A stretch of 64,000 bases of DNA from an uncultured Desulfosarcina sp. (GCA_963674945.2 CAXXWQ010000004.1:1344001-1408000); one strand, 5' to 3'. Numbered from the stretch's first letter, positions 1-6,509 are shown. A program made the numbers and translations. Notes: generated by a model not told the origin, from the letters alone.

Positions 1-68
1 TAGCCCCCTGGGCTCAGGAGGCACCCAGGAGGCAAAAGGTGGGCAAAGGAGTCAAACACCCACCACAA

Positions 69-764
69 TCAATTATAATTCGGGTTTGGATTGAGCCCGC
101 GGGGATTGATGGCTTTTGCAATTCCCAACTGCCGATACGCCTCCTTTTCGGCATCCGGTGAGGTGCTCAATTGCCCTCCCTTTGGATTGACTGGTCCTTT
201 GCAACGGCCCTGGAGATTTCGCCAGTTAGAAACAAACACTTGTCTAAAATCCTCAACAATTTGCCCGTTACGGATTTTAAAATAACCTTGTGGGCTGTGT
301 TTTTTCAATTGCGCCGTAAGCTGCTCGATAGCCTTATCAATATCTTCAAGCCGTTTTTCGCGCTCGGCGTCGGAGAGGGCCTCCTCATTTTTTCCAGCGA
401 AGAGTACATCAATTGCCTTTTCCACATCCTCCCAATCAAGCTTGATGCAAACTTTTTGCAACTGTAAATTGCGTGTCGTTCGAATCATTAGCCTTGAAAA
501 AGGATCATTGGCCGAGCCATTGCCCTTTGCCAAGTACTTTGCCAAATAAGCTATTCTTTGATCTTCATAGGCTTGCCATGATGCTTTGTATCGTTTCAGC
601 ATATCTTCTTTAGCTGATTGGACCTTTTTGACCTCTGAGCACTTTGAACGAATGAATTTGATTTCATCCTTAATCTCTTGGCATCTTAAAAAATCGTCAA
701 CCCATTCATATGATGCAAGACTGTCATAATATGGTGGATGGAAGTTATATTTTACGTGTCCCAC
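69..764 (-). CDS. Hypothetical protein, 231 aa, predicted helical/coiled-coil
   Basis: Long ORF with GTG start and AAGGGGG RBS, tightly packed after 777..1067. Heptad-like stretch LSDAEREKRLEDIDKAIEQLTAQL. Confidence 0.75.
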   Translation of the reverse strand: MGHVKYNFHPPYYDSLASYEWVDDFLRCQEIKDEIKFIRSKCSEVKKVQSAKEDMLKRYKASWQAYEDQRIAYLAKYLAKGNGSANDPFSRLMIRTTRNLQLQKVCIKLDWEDVEKAIDVLFAGKNEEALSDAEREKRLEDIDKAIEQLTAQLKKHSPQGYFKIRNGQIVEDFRQVFVSNWRNLQGRCKGPVNPKGGQLSTSPDAEKEAYRQLGIAKAINPRGLNPNPNYN

Positions 765-776
765 GGTTACCCCCTT

Positions 777-1067
777 CTATTGGTTTTCTCGCTCGATATA
801 AGCCCTATGCACGTTGGGATGAAGGCGGATTACGGTGCGCATGGCGTCCACCTTACCGCAGCCATTGCGCTCCATGTGTTCGTCCACAAGCTGCTCAAAG
901 GACTTTGTTTCATCATCTTCTGTCCGGTCGATAGGACCGCCTCCGGATTCAAGATAAGCCTTGTGGGCCTCCGGATCGGATCGAACTACGGCTTTCATGG
1001 CCTTGGTCACGCCGCACTTGTGCTTCGTCCGGTACTCTCTGACTTGTGATTGAAAAGACTTACCCAT
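777..1067 (-). CDS. Hypothetical protein, 96 aa, made of two tandem copies of a 35-aa motif
   Basis: GAAAGGA RBS. Internal duplication F-x3-V-x8-C-x4-AM-x2-V-x-R-x2-P-x2-H. Confidence 0.8.
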   Translation of the reverse strand: MGKSFQSQVREYRTKHKCGVTKAMKAVVRSDPEAHKAYLESGGGPIDRTEDDETKSFEQLVDEHMERNGCGKVDAMRTVIRLHPNVHRAYIERENQ

Positions 1068-1078
1068 TTTTTTCCTTT

Positions 1079-1630
1079 CTACGAAAAGTCGACTTTAATG
1101 CCAGGGTTGAAGCTTTGTATAAACTCTCGATGAAGTCCGGGTTGCCTCCTGGCAACTTCCTGCATAGCCGAAGTCTTGCTGCATCGTCGTTTGGCCTGGA
1201 TAGTTGCAACAGCATCCATAAAATCGTTTTCATAAACATTACTGGACTGCTCAAGGTCCTTTAACAATCCATCTCTCACTTGTTTGAGCGCACTTACCTC
1301 CCCCGATGTATTCGTTGCCACAAGTCTCAACCCTTGAAACATTTCGTTTTCACCCAGCGCATCCCGGATATTCCTAAATTGATTGAGGGAAAGCCCAGCT
1401 TGTAAAATAGCCTCGAACCGCTCACACTGTTCGGGGCCAACAAAAGCTCGAAGCAATCCGATAATACGGGTTCTCTCGGCTTTGGAACTTGCGTCCCGTA
1501 TCTCCTGGTCGGCCTCCTGACGGGCATTTTCATAGATTTCACGGGCCTCCGCCTCATAAGGTGTCCCAATAAATTGAGCCAGCACGTCATTTTCTGAATC
1601 AGGTTTCTTTGGAAATTCAATTGTTTTCAT
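1079..1630 (-). CDS. Putative capsid scaffold-like protein (lambda Nu3/gpC C-terminal-like), 183 aa
   Basis: ATG at 1630 chosen as the likely start. The AERTRIIGLL segment resembles the Nu3-type scaffold region (recalled similarity, not searched). C-terminus carries a third copy of the 35-aa motif. Confidence 0.55.
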   Translation of the reverse strand: MKTIEFPKKPDSENDVLAQFIGTPYEAEAREIYENARQEADQEIRDASSKAERTRIIGLLRAFVGPEQCERFEAILQAGLSLNQFRNIRDALGENEMFQGLRLVATNTSGEVSALKQVRDGLLKDLEQSSNVYENDFMDAVATIQAKRRCSKTSAMQEVARRQPGLHREFIQSFNPGIKVDFS

Positions 1631-1713
1631 GCCTGCCCTTTCTTTTTGGATGGAAAAATGATTTGAAGTTTTTCCCTGATGATATCGAATCGATTCCCAA
1701 AAGTCTGGCAAGC

Positions 1714-1740
1714 CAGTCCATCTCAGTCCACCTCAGTCCC
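1714..1740. repeat. Three direct repeats CAGTCC at exact 10-bp spacing (putative activator-binding sites)
   Basis: CAGTCC begins at 1714, 1724 and 1734, overlapping the stop of the HTH_17 gene and upstream of the late ORFs. Confidence 0.6.
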
Positions 1741-1953
1741 ATTTTTTTCATGAATGTACGTCCCATTTTCCAATTGATAGGATTGGATGATTTTGTCGAT
1801 GTATGTATCCAGAGATTTTGAAGTGATTCGGACAGAACTTCCAATTTTGCCGCCTTCAAGCTTGCCAGCAGCCAAGAGTCGCCGGATGGTTTTCGGATGA
1901 CAGCTCAAAATTTCGGCTGCTTCATCAACCGTTAACAATCTTTTCACCGCCAC
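1723..1953 (-). CDS. Excisionase-like HTH_17 DNA-binding protein
   Basis: LLTVDEAAEILSCHPKTIRRLLAAGKL...KIGSSVRI is a typical HTH_17/Xis winged helix. Confidence 0.85.
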   Translation of the reverse strand: MAVKRLLTVDEAAEILSCHPKTIRRLLAAGKLEGGKIGSSVRITSKSLDTYIDKIIQSYQLENGTYIHEKNGTEVD

Positions 1954-1984
1954 CCCCTATTTTCTATCCAAAGGGAAAAGCTCG

Positions 1985-2292
1985 AACCATCGCAAAAGGA
2001 CTTGCGACCATTGTGTGAGGATCGAAAATCCGGAAAAAAGCCCAAAACGTTCTTTTTCTAAAAAAATCCAGTTCCTTATAATATATTACATATATTCTTT
2101 TGCGATGATGCGATGATTTTTCTAGTAAGTTTACTATAGAAAAATGTAAAAAATAGGATTTGGAGTTTATAGCAGGGGTAGTCGCATCCTCGCAGGTGAA
2201 GGGATTGAAAAATGACTTAACAACTTGTAATTTATTATAAAAGTACATTTTTTTAAGATTTTGTCCTATTTTTGATCCCCGCAATCCTCGCA
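1985..2292. other. Putative iteron-type replication origin of the element
   Basis: Nine TGCGANGA-like octamers in both orientations around AT-rich tracts, directly downstream of the helicase gene. Confidence 0.6.
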
Positions 2293-3915
2293 TCATATCC
2301 CGAACGGTGCATCGTCGGCCGTCGTTCCCATCGGCCGACCACCACTTGGGCCAGTTGGTGCCTGATCTTTCCAATTAGTGAGTAAACCGATTCCCCGGTA
2401 CCAAACCAGCCGATCCGGTACTCTTTCAAATCTTTTACCCAGGATCGTCCCGAACCGCTTCTGACTGATCGGCGTGTTGGAAATGTTTTCCAACCACCAC
2501 TCGCTGAAATTGTTGAAAAGATCCTTTGCACCTCCCCAGGCCTCATCATGAACGATGCAATTGGCCGAAAGCCACTCCCCGATCAAATCCTCTTCGGCCT
2601 GGTATTTTGCGGTAGCGTCACGAACCATCGCAGGTGGATCAAGCCCACGCTTCTGCCACTCTAAGCATCCGCGAATCATCCACGCCAAGATTCCACTGGC
2701 CTCGGCTTTGAGCTTTTCCGGCAGCGCCTTGTCCATCGGGAATTCATTGGGGTTTTGCGGATCATGATCGACAAAAACAGCATTGAAGGGTACCAGGTGC
2801 ATACGCCGCCAGAAGGCATAATCGTTGGCCGGCGCCCGTGGTTTGTCGTTGCAAATCAGAACGATCTTATGGGTTGGTGTGAAAGTGATTGGGTGTTTGT
2901 CGTGAGGATTTCTCCCGGTGAGTGAGTCGCCTCCGGTAAACCGTTTGACCGCCGACGCTGAAAACTTACGGCCATCATCGCTTTCGCTGGCCAAGGCCAG
3001 CCGTAAGCCTTTGAGCGCCATTATATCAGGCGAAGGCCCGGCGCTGTTTCTTATTCGGCCCTGGTCAAGCAGCATCTCAGGCTGTAAGACAGACGCGAGA
3101 GGTCCCATGACGTACTTGATCGTTTCGACTTCTGTTCCCTTGCCATTGCGTCCATCACCATAGAAGACCGGAAAAATGTGCTCACTGATATCACCGGTGG
3201 TAAAGTATCCTGCTAACCGCCTATGGTAGTTTTCCATTTCAACCATGGATAAGGTGACATCTTTCAAAAAACGGTCCCAGGTTGGCGCTGGATGATCGAT
3301 TCCTAAAAATTCAATTGGACTTGCCAACAGAATATTGTCTTCCGGCCTGCCTGGTCGCCCTTCTCCAGTTCGTAGGTCGATCACGCAGTTGGCGCAGCCA
3401 AGCAGCATCGGATCACGATCAAGCCTTTCAGACTCAATAACGATTCGATTATATTTGTTATTTGATGCAAAGCTCAGTGTTGATGATCGACCGTGCTCAC
3501 TCCTCAAGCGCTTAACCTGTTTGAAGATTTCGCTCTGGATGCGCTGGTAAAATGCAACCAACTTTTTATCTTCAGCCTCAGTTGCTTCAGAAATTTGATA
3601 TGCCGCGACATGAATCTGTTTGAGAAGCCAAATGACAACATCTTCAACAGAAGCCCGTGCCCTGCCAGTTGTGTCTCTCTTCCAGTGGTGGCCCTGCCAT
3701 TCAAGCCACTCGTCGGAAGTCGCATTGAAAATAAAACGCCCTTCAAACATATCCGCAAAGACCAGCCCACAGAATTGCTCACCACCATTGAGGATGTCGG
3801 TTATCTTGACCGTCCGAACCTGGTTAGCTTCCGGTTCTTCCTGGCCTTTGTCGGCAGCCTCTTCTTGGGCAACGCGGGCTTGAACTTTCCTTTTGATATC
3901 GTCAATCTCACTCAC
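2293..3915 (-). CDS. Phage/plasmid P4-family (D5-like) SF3 helicase, no recognisable N-terminal primase domain
   Basis: GTG at 3915 with GGAGG RBS overlapping the upstream stop. D5_N-like region (WLEWQGHHWKRD; LLGCANCVIDLRTG), Walker A GDGRNGKGT, SF3 motifs (LASES, VKRFTGGD, CNDKP, FWRR). Confidence 0.88.
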   Translation of the reverse strand: MSEIDDIKRKVQARVAQEEAADKGQEEPEANQVRTVKITDILNGGEQFCGLVFADMFEGRFIFNATSDEWLEWQGHHWKRDTTGRARASVEDVVIWLLKQIHVAAYQISEATEAEDKKLVAFYQRIQSEIFKQVKRLRSEHGRSSTLSFASNNKYNRIVIESERLDRDPMLLGCANCVIDLRTGEGRPGRPEDNILLASPIEFLGIDHPAPTWDRFLKDVTLSMVEMENYHRRLAGYFTTGDISEHIFPVFYGDGRNGKGTEVETIKYVMGPLASVLQPEMLLDQGRIRNSAGPSPDIMALKGLRLALASESDDGRKFSASAVKRFTGGDSLTGRNPHDKHPITFTPTHKIVLICNDKPRAPANDYAFWRRMHLVPFNAVFVDHDPQNPNEFPMDKALPEKLKAEASGILAWMIRGCLEWQKRGLDPPAMVRDATAKYQAEEDLIGEWLSANCIVHDEAWGGAKDLFNNFSEWWLENISNTPISQKRFGTILGKRFERVPDRLVWYRGIGLLTNWKDQAPTGPSGGRPMGTTADDAPFGI

Positions 3916-4480
3916 GGAGTGCGGCCTCCTTGTACGGACACTGGTTACACCAATCACCGTTTGGGTTGCGGCGGACCACAATTTTGATCTCATCCAGATG
4001 ACCGAGCTCGTCAAGCAGGTGCTCCACTTGTTTTAAGTAGAAGTCGTAGAGCAAATGGCCCTTTTCATGCTTACCGCCGACGATGATAATGGCATCCATT
4101 ATCGTTGTGCGGAACATGGTCTTCAGGCTTGCATCGAAAACCCCAATTGCCATAGCCTGGTTCAGTTCCACTTGAGAGCGCTCGACATACTTGCCTGCAA
4201 GTAGCTTGTTACGCATTTCTTGCTCTTCAGCCTTAGCTAGCAGCAGCCGGTTTTTTAGATCCAGGTTTTCAGTAGCGCTTTTCGGCGGGCGCTTATCGGT
4301 GAAAGGCAGGGGCTTTTTTTTAGCGTATTTGAGAAGGGATTTTTTGGGATATCTCCCACCTACACTTTCGATCAACCCAGGACGCTTGAGGTCTGAATAG
4401 AACGTTGAGCGGCTTACTTTGAACCCCTCGGCTTTCAAAAAAGCAATTGCTTCAGCTGCATTCAGTGTCTCTTCTGTCAT
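3908..4480 (-). CDS. Nu1-like terminase small subunit (wHTH + coiled coil)
   Basis: N-terminal HTH (AEAIAFLKAEGFKVSRSTFY) followed by RLLLAKAEEQEMRNKLLAGKYVERSQV, a pattern typical of Nu1/DUF1441-type TerS. A cos-like site lies immediately upstream. Confidence 0.65.
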   Translation of the reverse strand: MTEETLNAAEAIAFLKAEGFKVSRSTFYSDLKRPGLIESVGGRYPKKSLLKYAKKKPLPFTDKRPPKSATENLDLKNRLLLAKAEEQEMRNKLLAGKYVERSQVELNQAMAIGVFDASLKTMFRTTIMDAIIIVGGKHEKGHLLYDFYLKQVEHLLDELGHLDEIKIVVRRNPNGDWCNQCPYKEAALRE

Positions 4481-4664
4481 CTGTCCAATTTTCCGAGTTT
4501 TTTAGAAATTTCAAATGGATACGCCGATCGAGCCTTAGTCCGCCGCTCCATGGTATATTCCAGGAAGGACCCGCGAGGTCTACCCATCGATAGCTGTCGA
4601 TGCAGGGTTCATTGACCATTTGGCCGGAGAAAAATATGGGGGCGTGGGGGTTTCTCTCACCCAT
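4452..4664 (-). CDS. Possible small hypothetical ORF overlapping the cos-like site
   Basis: ATG at 4664 with GGAGG RBS overlaps the upstream stop, and the ORF end overlaps the TerS start. No recognisable domain. Confidence 0.3.
   Translation of the reverse strand: MGERNPHAPIFFSGQMVNEPCIDSYRWVDLAGPSWNIPWSGGLRLDRRIHLKFLKNSENWTDDRRDTECS
4537..4580 (-). other. Putative lambda-like cos packaging site (cosQ + cosN-like)
   Basis: Minus strand reads GACCTCGC-GGGTCCT-(17 nt)-GAGCGGCGGACT. GGGTCCT equals lambda cosQ, and the 12-mer matches the lambda cohesive end GGGCGGCGACCT at 9/12. Confidence 0.55.
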
Positions 4665-4863
4665 GGTTAAGATCCTCCACTTTGATACCTGGTGCATTCT
4701 GTATCCACCGCACTATCTCCGAGCGAATGAATAGCAGCCTACCGCCCGGTTTCCTGAAGGGTATCGCTCGACGCAATACAAGGTTGCGAACAGCGCCAGG
4801 CGATCTCTGGATCATCTCGGCGCATTGGTTGGTGTCCATGTATTCAGGCGGTAGCTGTTTCAT
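4657..4863 (-). CDS. AlpA/excisionase-like HTH_17 protein
   Basis: YMDTNQCAEMIQRSPGAVRNLVLRRAIPFRKPGGRLLFIRSEIVRWI is a typical HTH_17 pattern; GAAGGGA RBS. Confidence 0.85.
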   Translation of the reverse strand: MKQLPPEYMDTNQCAEMIQRSPGAVRNLVLRRAIPFRKPGGRLLFIRSEIVRWIQNAPGIKVEDLNHG

Positions 4864-4877
4864 TTCCCTTCATCCAA

Positions 4878-4929
4878 ATAAAAAGGCCCGATGACAGAAC
4901 GGTTTCAAACCGTTTCCATCACCGGGCCT
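4878..4929 (-). terminator. Long hairpin with U-tract (terminator/attenuator) upstream of the AlpA-like gene
   Basis: Outer stem AGGCCCG (4884-4890)/CGGGCCT (4923-4929), inner AACGGTTT/AAACCGTT, followed by a T-tract on the minus strand. Confidence 0.6.
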
Positions 4930-4973
4930 GTCAAGAATCCTATAAAAAGGGCTTGAGTGGTATCCGGTACCCG

Positions 4974-5132
4974 CTAAATGGTTCTGGATTTTATATCGAC
5001 ATCAATCTCCTGGGCATGGCGAATCCCGCCTTCGTGAAGCGACAACCGCAAAAAAACTTCACCAGAACGTCTTTTTGATTTAAGTTCTTTTATAAATTCC
5101 ATCAGTCGATCTTCTGGGCTCTTACTCTTCAT
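4974..5132 (-). CDS. Small hypothetical protein (52 aa)
   Basis: ATG at 5132 with AAGGGG RBS, within the element's gene cluster. Only faint resemblance to DUF2292/YezD-type small proteins. Confidence 0.5.
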   Translation of the reverse strand: MKSKSPEDRLMEFIKELKSKRRSGEVFLRLSLHEGGIRHAQEIDVDIKSRTI

Positions 5133-5170
5133 TTCACAAATCCCCTTTGAATTTTGAACCTTTCTAACTA

Positions 5171-5404
5171 TCAAAAAATCTTTTCAAGATACTTGTTAGC
5201 AGCATCTTTGTTTGGGAATACATAGCAAAGTAGGCCATTAGCACCGGATTTCTTGATCTTTTCCCACTGTCGTTCCCTTGCCCACTTCGCAATAACGGGA
5301 CCCTCATAACTTGGCCTTCCGGTTTCAACATTAAAAATGTTGGAAGTGATATATAAATCTTGTGAAAGCCCCATCAAGAAGCCCTTAGTTAATTTGCCGT
5401 GCAT
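5171..5404 (-). CDS. Hypothetical protein (77 aa)
   Basis: ATG at 5404 with strong AAGGAG RBS, just downstream of the MerR-like gene. Confidence 0.65.
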   Translation of the reverse strand: MHGKLTKGFLMGLSQDLYITSNIFNVETGRPSYEGPVIAKWARERQWEKIKKSGANGLLCYVFPNKDAANKYLEKIF

Positions 5405-5432
5405 GATTATCTCCTTTAATGCAGCGACTTGG

Positions 5433-6167
5433 TTATTTACTGTAAACAACCTTGTGAATTTCGTCGATGAAATCCCATCCGATTTCTTCAAATGTTCGCT
5501 CCCAAAAAGCATCTTCATCGAAATACATTTCGATTTGGTATTGAACATCCGAAACAGCCTTCCCAAGATTTAAGGCATGTGCCAAATCCTTGGTTTTGAG
5601 GGTTTGAGCCATAAGCATTAATTCTACGAATTCATCCGGAACCCTTTCAAAACTATCTTTTTCAATCACAGGGAAGCTCAATATCGTATTATGACCCTTC
5701 CAGTCTTGCTCAGAACAAAACCAAAGAAAAACACTACCATTTGGCTCCATTTCTTTCATTTTATTGAAAAATTTAGGTTGAATGATTTCCTTCTCTTCCG
5801 GTGACGCATCCAGATGGTCCGTTAGAAAATCCCATAGCGCACTGATTATGGTAAGTTTATGAATAATACCCTTTGATTCAGCATACCCTATTAATTTGAC
5901 AAGCTGTTTTTGGTCTATTTCGTCGATCATTTTGGCAACGGTTTTTCTGTCAAATCCAGAAGTCTTTAAGGTCTTGAACACCCCCAACTTATATAGGTCA
6001 TTTATTCCAAGCGTATGCGCAGGCCTCCCACGGCCACCAGACTTTTCACCTTCCTTTGGTTCGACGGCATCAAGGAAGCCAAGCCACTTGTTCAGCTCGT
6101 TTGTTGAAAGACTCAAAATGGCTTGAGCCTCTTTTTTGGAATATGTTCTAGAAAAGTCAAAACTCAT
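5433..6167 (-). CDS. MerR-like HTH regulator with uncharacterised C-terminal domain
   Basis: N-terminal YSKKEAQAILSLSTNELNKW...GRGR...INDLYKLGVFKTLKTSGF matches the MerR-type wHTH layout; GGAG RBS. Confidence 0.7.
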   Translation of the reverse strand: MSFDFSRTYSKKEAQAILSLSTNELNKWLGFLDAVEPKEGEKSGGRGRPAHTLGINDLYKLGVFKTLKTSGFDRKTVAKMIDEIDQKQLVKLIGYAESKGIIHKLTIISALWDFLTDHLDASPEEKEIIQPKFFNKMKEMEPNGSVFLWFCSEQDWKGHNTILSFPVIEKDSFERVPDEFVELMLMAQTLKTKDLAHALNLGKAVSDVQYQIEMYFDEDAFWERTFEEIGWDFIDEIHKVVYSK

Positions 6168-6174
6168 GATTTTT

Positions 6175-6243
6175 TCTCCACTCTGGATATTTAATAGACC
6201 ATCAAATAGTCATAGTCAAGTTTTTTTATCCAATGCGGATATT
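6175..6243 (-). promoter_or_regulatory. Sigma70-like promoter flanked by two palindromic operator-like sites
   Basis: TTGACT (6214-6219)-17 bp-TATTAA on the minus strand. TATCC-N5-GGATA at about 6227-6241 and TCTCC-N5-GGATA at about 6175-6189. Confidence 0.55.
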
Positions 6244-6362
6244 AATTAAAAATAGATAGGCTGAGGTGTTGTGGATTTTGATGGGACTTCATCGGCGAAA
6301 AGGGTACTTTTTGAGTATTTCTGTACTCTGAGTGATGTTTGCAGGTGAGAACTATGAAAAGC

Positions 6363-6389
6363 AAAAGGAGCCTTGTAAAGGCTCCTTTT
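6363..6389. terminator. Rho-independent terminator after tRNA-Cys (potentially bidirectional)
   Basis: Perfect inverted repeat AAAAGGAGCCTT-GTA-AAGGCTCCTTTT. Confidence 0.8.
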
Positions 6390-6423
6390 CTTTATAAATA
6401 TTCGGAATTTTGGGGCTTAGTTT

Positions 6424-6498
<75 letters not shown>

Positions 6499-6509
6499 CA
6501 TAAAAAAAA

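Larger units (their letters stand above)
1..6423 (-). mobile_element. Integrated phage-satellite/PICI-like element (right part; continues beyond window start), adjacent to tRNA-Cys 3' end
   Basis: More AT-rich than the flanking core genes. Co-oriented cluster of MerR-like and HTH_17 regulators, Nu1-like TerS, D5/SF3 helicase, iteron origin and cos-like site, lying directly downstream of a tRNA. Integrase and second att not in window; exact boundary uncertain. Confidence 0.8.

Noticed and set aside
1964..2374. 136-aa ORF downstream of the helicase
   Set aside because: Runs through the iteron and AT-rich origin-like region and overlaps the helicase end; composition does not look protein-like.
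6304..6336. GTACT..TGAGT repeats as integrase arm-type sites
   Set aside because: Only two short degenerate copies and the other att end is not available; insufficient support.
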